Positions 9,963-19,667 of a stretch of 64,000 nucleotides of DNA are shown one piece after another. The stretch comes from Candidatus Bathyarchaeia archaeon (lineage in GTDB: Archaea > Thermoproteota > Bathyarchaeia > 40CM-2-53-6), in NCBI GenBank assembly GCA_050013255.1, contig JBEKFP010000001.1, positions 416,001-480,000 of the forward strand, in the 5' to 3' direction. A program made the position numbers and the translations under genes. The notes beneath the pieces were generated by a model. That model was given only the letters and a program-made list of their open reading frames with translations. It made no database searches and was not told where the DNA came from. Each line of letters starts with the position of its first letter. Positions within the stretch are counted from its first letter, which is position 1.

Positions 9963-10214
9963 GGACCTGGACGCTCGATGGACCTGGCTGAACGATAATG
10001 TGCAAGATTTGGGCCCTCCATACCCCAACATGATTCCATAATTCCCCACCCCGATTAGGGATGAGTAACATAGTTTGCTCCTAATCGCAAACGCAGCAAA
10101 GTAACATGTTCTCCCCACAAAACTACACCACCCACCCCCCTCTCGCCAAAAGCGTGCGCGCACACAACAACGTAATAATCCCAACCCCAAACCGAACAAT
10201 CCAACCGCTGGGAT

Positions 10215-10715
10215 GTGCTTATGCAATCATTCAGGGTCAACCGAGACTTGCCTGAAGGAAGGTACCGGCTTCGGGAAGTGTTCTCCGGCTTGGAAGAAGT
10301 GGAAGCTCTCAGCGTATACATTGGTAGCAGAACGCGGCTCCGGCGGATCCTTGAGCAAACCGAGGTCACCATCACGCAGGATTCCGGTTACATGTATGTG
10401 AACGACGGTGACGGCAGCCTCGTCGTGAGCTTAGGGTACCTGCAAACAGCCGACGCCCACTACCTCTACCTAGACGTCATCCACGAACTAGCCCACGTAA
10501 AACAATACTTAGACGGCCGGGAATTGTTCGACGAAAACTACAGCTACGTAGACCGCCCAACAGAAATCGAAGCATACCAATGCACAGTCAAAGAAGCAAG
10601 AAAAATCGGCATGGCCGACGACGCCATCGCCGAATACCTCTACGTAGAATGGATCACACGAACGGAACATACAAGGCTCCTGAAAACGCTGGGGATACTC
10701 GCTACCCCGCCGTAG
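10215..10715 (+). CDS. Putative zinc metallopeptidase (HEXXH)
   Basis: VIHELAHVKQY plus downstream PTEIEAY. Confidence 0.6.
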   Translation: MLMQSFRVNRDLPEGRYRLREVFSGLEEVEALSVYIGSRTRLRRILEQTEVTITQDSGYMYVNDGDGSLVVSLGYLQTADAHYLYLDVIHELAHVKQYLDGRELFDENYSYVDRPTEIEAYQCTVKEARKIGMADDAIAEYLYVEWITRTEHTRLLKTLGILATPP

Positions 10716-10717
10716 AA

Positions 10718-11167
10718 CTACTTCTTCTCCAAGTACTTGAGAACGAAGTTCCTCGTATACCCCTCTAAATCCAACTTCAAAGCTTCTTCAGGTTTAACCC
10801 AGACATAATCCTGCAGCTCCCGCCCATCCAACTTCACCTTAGAACTCTTCGCCTTCAGAACATAGTCCATGAAGATGTAGTGTTCGTGTTTGTGAAAGTC
10901 CTTCGGGTAAATTGCCTGCTGAACAATCAGCAGCTCAACCGGTTCAGCCTCCAAGCCTGTCTCCTCCTTCACCTCTCGCCTAATCGCGTCCTCCGCCCGT
11001 TCTCCAAGCTCGATGTGGCCGCCTGGGACCGTGTACTTGCTGCCCCACTTGTGCGAGCGAACAATGAGAACCTCGCCCTTCTCGTTCACGACGAGGGCGC
11101 CGACTGTGGCTTCAGGGTAAGTTTGAGTCAAAGTAACACTTTCTCGGAAGGAAACGGCCTGGGTCAC
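10718..11167 (-). CDS. NUDIX hydrolase
   Basis: PGGHIELGERAEDAIRREVKEETGL Nudix box. Confidence 0.92.
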   Translation of the reverse strand: MTQAVSFRESVTLTQTYPEATVGALVVNEKGEVLIVRSHKWGSKYTVPGGHIELGERAEDAIRREVKEETGLEAEPVELLIVQQAIYPKDFHKHEHYIFMDYVLKAKSSKVKLDGRELQDYVWVKPEEALKLDLEGYTRNFVLKYLEKK

Positions 11168-11182
11168 TCGAGTTGCGGGGCT

Positions 11183-11323
11183 CTAGCTCCTGCCCATCAT
11201 CGTACCGATAACTCCAACGACCGAGATCAGGCCGCCAATGACCAGTATGAGGGGCTCCTGTGTTCTTAGGTAGACTAGGCCCGTGAAGACGACCAGTGCC
11301 GTTAGGCCTGTGACGTTGACCAT
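11183..11323 (-). CDS. Small two-helix membrane protein
   Basis: Hydrophobic hairpin; co-oriented with the NUDIX gene; start uncertain (11323 or 11368). Confidence 0.45.
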   Translation of the reverse strand: MVNVTGLTALVVFTGLVYLRTQEPLILVIGGLISVVGVIGTMMGRS

Positions 11324-11451
11324 GGCTACTCTTGTTTGCGGCCTCAAACCCACGCACCAACCTGGCAATCAATCAAAAGCTCCCCATAGCCATCTATATT
11401 TCTATTCTTCCAAGGGAATCTAATAATCCCGCAAACCGCACTTAGCAAGCT

Positions 11452-12231
11452 TTGAGTGGCAAGGTCGTGGAAGAAGACTCTAAGAACCGGTTCTCAAATC
11501 GGGCAACCTACTACGCCAACTCTCGCCCCCGCTACCCCGAAGCCCTCCTCAACTTCATGGAAAACGAACTAAGCCTCACAAAGGCGTCGGTTGTTGCAGA
11601 TATTGGCTCGGGAACCGGTATTCTCTCGGGGCTCTTCCTCAAGCATGGCAATTCAGTCTTTGGTATTGAGCCGAACAGGGAGATGCGAAAGACCGCGGAA
11701 GAAATCCTCGCCGCATATCGAAATTTCAAAAGCAAAAATGGCACCGCCGAAGCCACGACTCTCCCAGCCGCCAGCGTAGACTTCATCACCGCCGCGCAAT
11801 CATTTCACTGGTTCGACCCCACCAAAGCCCGCGAAGAATTCTTGAGGATCATGAAACCCCAAGGCTGGGTTCTATTGATTTGGAATACCAGGAAGAATTC
11901 ACGCGGCTTCATGGAAGCGTATGAGCAACTAGTCAGCGAATATGCGGTCCGGCCGCGCTTTCGTCGGACTGCGAAAGACAAGGTTGGTGAGCAGGGCCTA
12001 ACCAATTTCCTCGGAAAGTACAAGACGAAAACATTCAGCAACAGTCAGGTCTTAGATTTTGAAGGCCTATCAGGCCGGTTGCTCTCATCCTCCTATGTAC
12101 CACTCCCCGGCGAATCTGGGTACAGTTCGATGCTGGATGGCTTGCGCAAACTTTTCGATTCCTACCAAGAAGGCGGCGCTGTTCACCTTGAGTACGACAT
12201 GGAAACATATTACGCTCAACTTACGCGCTGA
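11452..12231 (+). CDS. Class I SAM-dependent methyltransferase
   Basis: VADIGSGTG, AAQSFHWFD. Confidence 0.9.
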   Translation: MSGKVVEEDSKNRFSNRATYYANSRPRYPEALLNFMENELSLTKASVVADIGSGTGILSGLFLKHGNSVFGIEPNREMRKTAEEILAAYRNFKSKNGTAEATTLPAASVDFITAAQSFHWFDPTKAREEFLRIMKPQGWVLLIWNTRKNSRGFMEAYEQLVSEYAVRPRFRRTAKDKVGEQGLTNFLGKYKTKTFSNSQVLDFEGLSGRLLSSSYVPLPGESGYSSMLDGLRKLFDSYQEGGAVHLEYDMETYYAQLTR

Positions 12232-12279
12232 CCAAAGAGGATGAAGATTGTTGGGGGCTAAGCTACGCCAACACCTCCT

Positions 12280-13440
12280 TTGAGCTCTATCCTGAGCAGG
12301 TTCTCCGCGGACGTAGTCAAACTCACGGCGGAAGTGTACGGCAGCGAAACCCCCGCCGTCCTAGAGTCACTAACGAAACCCGTCGGAACATATTACGTCC
12401 GCTGCAACACCTCCAAGCTCTCAGCAGAAGAACTTCTGAACAGGCTTCAAGGGCGGGGGCTCAAGGTCTCCCAACATCCACTAGTCCCCGAAGCCCTAGG
12501 CATACAAGTAGAAGGCCCCTTCGAGATTCCAACCGCCGATCGAAGGGTTGTTGTGGATAAGCATACTGCTGAATCGGTGCTACAGGGCGCGAACGTTTAC
12601 GCCCCCGGGATTCTAAACTGCGAGGGCCTTAGGGTCGGGGAGGATGTTGCCGTCGTCTCTGAGCGGGGGGATGAGCTTGCAACTGGGACGGCGAACATGG
12701 GCGCGAACGACATCCTAACCTTCAGGAAGGGACTGGCGGTGCAAGTAAAACACAGGCGCTTCAAGGCCCCCCAGGTGAGGGATTTACCGGAATTCTCGGA
12801 AGGCCTGCTCTACCCGCAGTCGCTCGCGGCCATGGTAACAGCCCACGCACTCGACCCTCAAGAGGGTGAGACCGTCGTTGACATGAACTGCTCGCCCGGC
12901 GGAAAACTGTCCCACATCAGTCAGTTGATGCACAATTCTGGAAAAATTTTCGGCTTCGATAGAAACGTGGAGAAGGTAGGGCAGGCTCGCCAGACGCTGA
13001 CCCGTTTGGGCTGCACAAATGTTACACTTACGATTCGTGATACCAGATATTTGCACCTAGACTTGGCTAATTTGCAGTCCGACCGCACCTTGATCGACCC
13101 GCCATGCAGCGCTCTCGGCCTCAGGCCGAAAATATACGACTTCTCGACCCTAGACCGCGTGAATAACTTAGCAGATTATCAGAAGCAATTCATCAAGGCT
13201 GGAAGCAAGGTAACAAAACCGGGGGGAATTATCGTCTACAGCGTCTGCACTTACACAACACAGGAATGCGAACGGGCAGTCGAATTCGCCGAGCACGAAT
13301 GCGGGCTCAGCGTAGTGGAACAGAAGCTGTTCCTCGGTTCAAAAGGCCTCGTGGCGCTCACGCCATCCGCCAGCCGTTGTCAAAGATTCAATCCAACCGT
13401 TGATGAAATCGGATACTTCATCGCAAAACTCCAACGCTAA
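12280..13440 (+). CDS. RsmB/NOP m5C RNA methyltransferase with PUA domain (NSUN6-like)
   Basis: PUA segment (ESVLQGANVYAPGI), DMNCSPGGK, DPPCSALG, YSVCT. Confidence 0.88.
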   Translation: MSSILSRFSADVVKLTAEVYGSETPAVLESLTKPVGTYYVRCNTSKLSAEELLNRLQGRGLKVSQHPLVPEALGIQVEGPFEIPTADRRVVVDKHTAESVLQGANVYAPGILNCEGLRVGEDVAVVSERGDELATGTANMGANDILTFRKGLAVQVKHRRFKAPQVRDLPEFSEGLLYPQSLAAMVTAHALDPQEGETVVDMNCSPGGKLSHISQLMHNSGKIFGFDRNVEKVGQARQTLTRLGCTNVTLTIRDTRYLHLDLANLQSDRTLIDPPCSALGLRPKIYDFSTLDRVNNLADYQKQFIKAGSKVTKPGGIIVYSVCTYTTQECERAVEFAEHECGLSVVEQKLFLGSKGLVALTPSASRCQRFNPTVDEIGYFIAKLQR

Positions 13441-13490
13441 GCACGAAGCTTTAACGCCCAACCTGCCCGAATAATGGGCAGGGAGAATGG

Positions 13491-13781
13491 TTGGATTTAC
13501 CCGAGAACGTTCTGACCAAAGGGAAGGCTGGAAAACTTGAGGTTAGGGCCCTCGACTCACGCGGAAGTTATGTGATGTGCAAGTATCTCGACGCGAAGAC
13601 GCTGAAACCTACCGATAAGAAGCGCAAGCTCATGCTCAAGGATCAGAATGGGAATGTGCTCGAATACCTCATCATCCCGATAAAGGACCCCAAGCGCGCG
13701 CTACTCCTAACCGCAGGGTCTGAGGAGAAAGAACGCCAAGTCTGGAACGAAAGCCAAGGAAAAGCCGAAGATATCTGGTAA
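13491..13781 (+). CDS. Hypothetical protein
   Basis: 96-aa ORF with GGGAG SD-like sequence, fills the gap between genes. Confidence 0.6.
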   Translation: MDLPENVLTKGKAGKLEVRALDSRGSYVMCKYLDAKTLKPTDKKRKLMLKDQNGNVLEYLIIPIKDPKRALLLTAGSEEKERQVWNESQGKAEDIW

Positions 13782-13791
13782 CACAATCCGC

Positions 13792-14400
13792 CTAGGGCGC
13801 GACGGGCAAGATTTGAATCAACGACTTCAATGGGACGCCATCGATCTTCGTCTTCCCACTCTTATTGACCAAGACAAGAACGCCTACAGGCTTGGCCTTC
13901 GCCTTTCGCAACGTCTGAATCGCTGCCCTATGCGTCTCACCGGCACGTAGAACCGCGTCTACAATCAACACCTTCTTTCCGGCAACTTTGTGAAATGAGG
14001 GGTTGACCAAACCTGGCAGTTTCTTATATGCTACACGTGGGGGCCGAACAGCCGCGAATGGCTTGTCGAGTTCTTTGGCTATAGCCACGCTGAGAACCAT
14101 CCCGCTCCCTTCAACCGCAACAATCACGTCAGGTTCACCAAACTCCCTTGCACGAACCGATTCCCGAATCAAATCCGCTAACGCTGAAGCAACAGCAGTC
14201 ATTCGCTTTCCATGCGCGCCTATAGTGCTCCAGTCAACGAAAACGTCATGGGGCGGAGGTCTCGCAGCTCGCTCCTTACCTTTCAAAAGTAACCAAACGA
14301 CTGTGTCTGGCTGAACCTTCAACTCGTCGGCTATCTCATACGTTGACAGCCCTTTGGATTTTAGTTCCTGCGTCCGTTTGACCAATTCACGCGAGGCCAT
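13792..14400 (-). CDS. gfcR: HTH + PRTase-like transcriptional regulator (GfcR/orotate PRTase-like)
   Basis: GLSTYEIADELKVQPDTVVWLL HTH, DVFVDWSTIG, degenerate PRPP loop IVDAVLRAGET. Confidence 0.8.
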   Translation of the reverse strand: MASRELVKRTQELKSKGLSTYEIADELKVQPDTVVWLLLKGKERAARPPPHDVFVDWSTIGAHGKRMTAVASALADLIRESVRAREFGEPDVIVAVEGSGMVLSVAIAKELDKPFAAVRPPRVAYKKLPGLVNPSFHKVAGKKVLIVDAVLRAGETHRAAIQTLRKAKAKPVGVLVLVNKSGKTKIDGVPLKSLIQILPVAP

Positions 14401-14509
14401 TCAGTCGAACCCGCAACACGCTATCATTGACCGAGGTCTTATAAGAGGTAATGAGCCTCTCAACTTCACTCCTCGAAACCCCGCGCAGTCACCGAAGGAA
14501 AAGATCTCG

Positions 14510-15487
14510 TTGGCCGAAACTTCCCCCACAGCTAACACAACTCAGAAGGATTCCTTCGAAATTTCACATCAAGAAGTCCGCGGGCCAATGAATTTACAGG
14601 AAACGGTTCTGAGCGCCCAAACTTCAGAACCTGAATGGGTAAGGGAAGGCGCGTCCTTTGTTGACGTCGAAGAGTTGGATGGCACTCCTGTCAAGTACAC
14701 CCTAAGCCAGGTGGGAGGCGTAGATGATTTCAAACTCACAGTGAACGCAATTTCGCAAACGCACAATGAGCGAATAGGCGCTGGCCTCGGGTCGCATTTG
14801 AACCGTGTTCTCGGTTTGAGCGACGACTTGGAATCATTCTACGGTAAATTTACCCATGAAGCCGAGCCGCTGCAGTCAACTTTCGCGCACCTCAGGGGCC
14901 TTCGCCTCATGCGCGGAACCAACCTCTATGAAAGCCTGATCTGCTCCATCCTGTCACAGAATAACTCAGCACTACTCTGGAACAGAACCGCGAGGCTTCT
15001 CATGCGCCTCTATGGACCCAGAGTTAATTTCCCCGACGGGACCACATCGTTCCTATTTCCAAGGCCACAAGCTATGGCTGCCCTGAAACCAAGAGAACTT
15101 CGCTCGAAGACTTCCATGGGGTACAGGGCGAAGCCCGTCGTTCAAGTTTCCCGTTTGGTTGCCGCCGGAAAATTACAGCTCGATAACTTCCTTACGCGGC
15201 CTTACGACGAGGCTATGGAGGCACTCATTGACCTTCCCGGTGTAGGCCCTAAGGTTGCGGATTGCTTCCTACTATACGGCGCAGGTCGCCTCGAAACCGC
15301 CCCCGTCGACGTCTGGATTCACAGAGTTGTCAGAAAGCTGTACTTTAGGGGGAGAAGGGTCAGCAGGCTCAAGACCGCACGGTTTCTGCGCGACCGCTTC
15401 GGGGAATGGGCTGGGTACGCGCAATTGTACCTCTTCGACTTCGCACGCCGCGGCGGCATCGGTAAGGCAACTAAAGCCAGCAAGTAG
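14510..15487 (+). CDS. HhH-GPD DNA glycosylase (OGG1/AlkA family)
   Basis: LPGVGPKVADC HhH with Lys, PVDVW, YAQLYLF; start placed at TTG 14510. Confidence 0.85.
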   Translation: MAETSPTANTTQKDSFEISHQEVRGPMNLQETVLSAQTSEPEWVREGASFVDVEELDGTPVKYTLSQVGGVDDFKLTVNAISQTHNERIGAGLGSHLNRVLGLSDDLESFYGKFTHEAEPLQSTFAHLRGLRLMRGTNLYESLICSILSQNNSALLWNRTARLLMRLYGPRVNFPDGTTSFLFPRPQAMAALKPRELRSKTSMGYRAKPVVQVSRLVAAGKLQLDNFLTRPYDEAMEALIDLPGVGPKVADCFLLYGAGRLETAPVDVWIHRVVRKLYFRGRRVSRLKTARFLRDRFGEWAGYAQLYLFDFARRGGIGKATKASK

Positions 15488-15500
15488 GGGATGGCTGTCT

Positions 15501-16028
15501 CTAGGCGTGGCGCCCCTTTGCTGCCTGTTTCTTTACAGGTTTTCGTTTCAATTTTGTTCCGCAGACTATGCAGACCTGAGAGTCTGCTTGAGGGTACCGC
15601 CTATAGCAAGCGGGGCAGTAGTAAGTCCAACTGAACTTCTCTCGGATTCCTAACGTGGCCAAGGGCTGGTAGGCTATGCCAATCCCTTCCGCAACATTCT
15701 GCACAGCGTAATCGTCGCTTACAATGACAGGCGTCTTCCCCTCAGTGCGAAGTTCAAGTGCCAAGGCCAAGACGCCCGTATCCGCTTTCGAAAGCACCAC
15801 TCTATCCCCGAGTACCCTGGCCTTCTCAGCGACCGCTTCCAATGAAGCTGAAGTTGGACTCCGAATCCTAAGCTTCCCAGAAGACTTGGAAATCGCCAGC
15901 CTGTATGACGGGCCGGTTTGTTCTCGCAGTTCATCCGTAACCTCGGGCACCGAATAGCTCTCAATATCAAGCCCGAGAGGGTCGAGGCCCATGATTAGGG
16001 CTGAAGTGTCTAGAACTAGAACTTTCAG
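15501..16028 (-). CDS. nob1: Nob1 PIN endonuclease with Zn ribbon (probable CTG start)
   Basis: In-frame KVLVLDTSALI lies upstream of the first ATG; LSKAD, SDDYAVQNVA, CPAC...CIVCG. Confidence 0.88.
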   Translation of the reverse strand: MKVLVLDTSALIMGLDPLGLDIESYSVPEVTDELREQTGPSYRLAISKSSGKLRIRSPTSASLEAVAEKARVLGDRVVLSKADTGVLALALELRTEGKTPVIVSDDYAVQNVAEGIGIAYQPLATLGIREKFSWTYYCPACYRRYPQADSQVCIVCGTKLKRKPVKKQAAKGRHA

Positions 16029-16891
16029 AAACCTGCTCGCTCCATCTCGTGAAGGCGAGTTAGGCTTCCTAAGGGTGGGGCAGGGCGTAACCGCACGAAC
16101 ACGGAGTAATGCTTAGCCTTGCGAACCGCCAACTTGACATCCTGGGAAAGCTCCCTCTGAAACCGCCCATCAGCGACGACGAGAGCCCGTAATTTTGGAT
16201 TCGCCATTTGAATCGAAAGGGACCGTTCCATCGACAGAACCGTCGGCCTCAAGAATTCAAGAGGGCAGATGAAAGTGACCACGAACGCATCCACCGCTGA
16301 ATCAACCACAGGCCCACCCGCTGAAAGAGCGTAAGCTGTGGATCCCGTAGCGGTTGAGACGATGAGCCCGTCCCCCCTGAACTGCAGAAAAGGCACAGAA
16401 TCAACAGCAAGGCGCAGATCAAGCATCTTCGAGGGGCTTCCCGATGATACCACGAGCTCGTTGAGCGCGTCGACCACGTGTGTTCCGTTTAGGTCGACGG
16501 CGAGTTTCGCGCGCTTTTCCAGCCTGCATTTGCCCTTCGCGAAGAGTTCGATGGCTCGTTGAGCTTTAGCTGGTTCAACTTCAGTGAGGTAGCCGCGCCT
16601 TCCCATGTTCACCGCTAGAATTGGTGTTTCCGGTTCGGGGATGGACATTGTTGTTTTGAGGACTGTTCCGTCTCCTCCCACGGTTACTATGAGGTCTGCT
16701 TTGAGATCGGACAAGTCCTTACCGCCGCCTAGTCGGCCTCGTTTTGCCAATTCCAGTTCAGCTGTGACCGCTATACCCTTCTTCCTCAGCTGCTTAGCGA
16801 GGGTTGCCGCCACTTCAAGGGCCTGCGGTTCATCGAGCCTAGATACGAGGCCGACCTTCAAAGCCAATTTCGCTTCTCCGAGGGGAGACAC
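16025..16891 (-). CDS. nadK: NAD(+) kinase
   Basis: GGDGT, ALNE, GDGLIVSTATGSTAYALSAGGP. Confidence 0.93.
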   Translation of the reverse strand: MSPLGEAKLALKVGLVSRLDEPQALEVAATLAKQLRKKGIAVTAELELAKRGRLGGGKDLSDLKADLIVTVGGDGTVLKTTMSIPEPETPILAVNMGRRGYLTEVEPAKAQRAIELFAKGKCRLEKRAKLAVDLNGTHVVDALNELVVSSGSPSKMLDLRLAVDSVPFLQFRGDGLIVSTATGSTAYALSAGGPVVDSAVDAFVVTFICPLEFLRPTVLSMERSLSIQMANPKLRALVVADGRFQRELSQDVKLAVRKAKHYSVFVRLRPAPPLGSLTRLHEMERAGF

Positions 16892-17043
16892 TACCTGTCG
16901 TGAGGATAATTAAGTAATCCACTCAGGCCATGACTAGATTTGGTTTCGCGAAACCTTCCGCGAAAGGCTGAATGACCAGACAAGCTTTTTAGACGAAGAG
17001 GGGGCGTTAATTGCTTTCGAGCTTAGCTTAAGGGCGAAGAACA

Positions 17044-17439
17044 CTGAGTAAACCTGTAGACGTTGGGACTCTAAAGATCGGCCACTACGTAATTGTGGAT
17101 GGGGAGCCTTGCAAGATTGTTGAATACGAAAAATCAAAACCAGGCAAACACGGTGCCGCGAAGGCTAGAATTGTAGCCATCAGTGTTACAACTGGAACAA
17201 AAAAGAACGTAATCAGCCCTGTGGACGCACGCATTGAAGTTCCCATGATAGAGAAGAAAACGGGACAAGTACTCGCTTTCATGGGCAACAACGTTCAGAT
17301 CATGGACATGCAGTCCTACGAGACCTTCGAAACTCCTATGCCGGAAGAAGAGGAGATTAAAGCGAAAATGGCTCCAGGCGTCGAGGTCGAGTACTGGCAA
17401 ATGCTGGGACAGAATAAGATAATGCGAACGAAGGGCTAA
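17044..17439 (+). CDS. eif5a: Translation factor aIF-5A (probable CTG start)
   Basis: [25 protein letters not shown]; hypusine motif [11 protein letters not shown]. Confidence 0.95.
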   Translation: MSKPVDVGTLKIGHYVIVDGEPCKIVEYEKSKPGKHGAAKARIVAISVTTGTKKNVISPVDARIEVPMIEKKTGQVLAFMGNNVQIMDMQSYETFETPMPEEEEIKAKMAPGVEVEYWQMLGQNKIMRTKG

Positions 17440-17478
17440 TTCTCCCGTTTCCCACACGCGCCTTGGAAGGCTCACCCG

Positions 17479-18408
17479 ATGCCCTTCGTCTCGCACATCA
17501 AACTGACGAAACGCATGTCACTTTCCGACATTGCAAGGCAGATGGAAGCGGTTAAAGTCCTTGGGCCAGGACGGTTCGGGAAGGCAGTAACTATCCTCGG
17601 AGGCCTGTTTAGAGACGGCGAGTGCGTCAAGCTGATTTCTCTTGCTGGCCCAATTGTCCCCGGAGGCCTTAGAACAATCATCGCAGACCTGATTGATGAT
17701 GGTTTGCTAAATGGGGTCGTCACAACTGGCGCAAACGTAACGCATGACATACTCGAAGGCCTAGGACATCGGCACATTGCGGGAACGGAACTGGCGGATG
17801 ATAGCAAACTGAAACGCCAAGGGCTATCCAGAATCTACGACCTCCTAGTCACCCAGAAAGCAATCGAACACCTAGAGAAAGCAACTCACCGCATGCTCAA
17901 CCGCATCCCAGAAACAAGACGCCGCAACATAGCCAGCTACGAGTTACTATGGGAATTCGGCAAGCAGATCAGGGACAGACGCTCGATTCTTCACATCGCA
18001 CAGAAACGCAAAGTCCCCATCTTCTGCCCCGGCATTTTTGACTCAATGCTCGGGTTGAACCTATGGACCTACAGCCGACTCAAACCGCTCTTCATTAACC
18101 CGTTCAAGGATTTCTCAAGGCTTGTTGACTTGACTTACGAGAGAAAGAGAGTTGGGGCGATAATCCTTGGTGGCGGGATGCCGAAACACCATGTCCTAAT
18201 CGCAAACTCATACAGGGGCGGCGTGGATGCGGCGATTCAAATAACACTCGACCGCCCCGAAGGTGGCGGTGCAAGCGGTGCACCTCTGGAAGAGGCGATT
18301 AGCTGGGGCAAAATCAAGACTCCCAACAGACTAGTCACGATTGTTGGAGACGCTACGGTGATATTCCCTTTGCTTACTCTAGCGGCCCTAGAGAGGGCAG
18401 GTAAGTAG
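17479..18408 (+). CDS. dys: Deoxyhypusine synthase
   Basis: TTGANVTHD, LGGGMPKHH, SGAPLEEAISWGK; adjacent to aIF5A. Confidence 0.92.
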   Translation: MPFVSHIKLTKRMSLSDIARQMEAVKVLGPGRFGKAVTILGGLFRDGECVKLISLAGPIVPGGLRTIIADLIDDGLLNGVVTTGANVTHDILEGLGHRHIAGTELADDSKLKRQGLSRIYDLLVTQKAIEHLEKATHRMLNRIPETRRRNIASYELLWEFGKQIRDRRSILHIAQKRKVPIFCPGIFDSMLGLNLWTYSRLKPLFINPFKDFSRLVDLTYERKRVGAIILGGGMPKHHVLIANSYRGGVDAAIQITLDRPEGGGASGAPLEEAISWGKIKTPNRLVTIVGDATVIFPLLTLAALERAGK

Positions 18409-18413
18409 GCTCA

Positions 18414-18773
18414 TCACAGCCGTGGAATGTGGACTTCAAGGACGCCCCGTTTGAACTTCGTGCTAATTCTTTTCTCGTCAACGGAGACGGGCATGCGGAT
18501 TCTGGCACGGTAACATGTGAATTCCCCATGCCTGTGCTTGGCGCCGAGGTCCCTGAACGTGATCTTCTTGTTGGTCTCTGCATAAACTTCCAAGGAATCA
18601 TCCGTCGGGCAGCGCAGCTTAACCTGTTTGTGGTCCACGTATGGTAAATCGACGGTTAGAACGACCTCGTTGGCCGCCACGTACAGATTGTATAGAGGTT
18701 GGATGCATGCAGCGGCAGCGTTCCATCCTGACCCATGGGTGGAGAATTCGCCTTTCGGTTCAGGACTCACCAT
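18414..18773 (-). CDS. Hsp20/alpha-crystallin family protein
   Basis: VVLTVDLPYV, FKRGVLEVHIP. Confidence 0.75.
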   Translation of the reverse strand: MVSPEPKGEFSTHGSGWNAAAACIQPLYNLYVAANEVVLTVDLPYVDHKQVKLRCPTDDSLEVYAETNKKITFRDLGAKHRHGEFTCYRARIRMPVSVDEKRISTKFKRGVLEVHIPRL

Positions 18774-18776
18774 GGT

Positions 18777-19538
18777 TCACCCGTACATAGGCGGGAGATC
18801 GTATTCATGAGACTTGTCCATCTTGAGCATCTCTTCGTGGGTACGGTGCATCATATCCTTACTTTTCAAGCGTATTTCTTCCCCTCTCTTCAGAAGGTCG
18901 GAAACGTCAACATTCAGATCGAGTATCTTGTTGACCGCGCTTATCGCAACCGCGGCTGCTACAGGGTCGGGGTAGTTGTAGTAGGATTGGGTAAGCAACG
19001 TGATTGCGGGAACGGATGCTTCAGCACATTTCTGGAGGATTAGCCCGTAAACGCCAACTATGTAACCTTCCTCCAAGACTTCAGCCGCCCCGCGAAGCCT
19101 CGACTCCAATTCCTTACTTGAAAGCGCGGCAAACACTTTTGGGGCATCTATGTCCTGGCGGTTCGCAACAGCCATCCCACCCAAGGAGAGCATCAGCTTA
19201 GTATTCTTTGTTCGAGCCCAGTCAACGATATCCGCCGCAAGTGGCCTGATGAGTGGGACTGGGATCGTTGTCTCAGAGATTAGGACAACCAAAGAGTTGC
19301 CTGCGAATATGCGGATAGGTGCTTTCGGAAGGCCGCCGTGCAGAACGATCATTGGTGGAAGAAGGTCAGACTCGATAGCGCCCACCTCCTTCAATTTCAA
19401 TTCGCTAATGATATGAGAAGCCGCCAGCAACCCGACAAGCCCTACATCGGGAAGGCCGTTCACAATAACCGCCCCCTTAGGAATCGAAGCGGATTCCAAA
19501 ATGCGCAACCCATCTTTCCCAGACAGGCTATTGGACAT
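18777..19538 (-). CDS. Proteasome assembly chaperone PAC2 family (PbaA/PbaB-like)
   Basis: GLPDVGLVG, YPDPVAA, C-terminal HbYX-like MYG. Confidence 0.88.
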   Translation of the reverse strand: MSNSLSGKDGLRILESASIPKGAVIVNGLPDVGLVGLLAASHIISELKLKEVGAIESDLLPPMIVLHGGLPKAPIRIFAGNSLVVLISETTIPVPLIRPLAADIVDWARTKNTKLMLSLGGMAVANRQDIDAPKVFAALSSKELESRLRGAAEVLEEGYIVGVYGLILQKCAEASVPAITLLTQSYYNYPDPVAAAVAISAVNKILDLNVDVSDLLKRGEEIRLKSKDMMHRTHEEMLKMDKSHEYDLPPMYG

Positions 19539-19667
19539 ATCAACACCCTTCTACGAAAACTGTGAGCTGAAGCCAGAGCAAGATTACCGAGTAATTAAAC
19601 GGTTCGCAGAAGTTACAAGAACTTTTAGGATGCCTCAACCAACGCATCAAGCGTATCGTGAAAATGC

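Noticed and set aside
13462-13482. Hairpin CCTGCCC/GGGCAGG overlapping an SD-like sequence
   Set aside because: 7-bp stem could be chance; no supporting context
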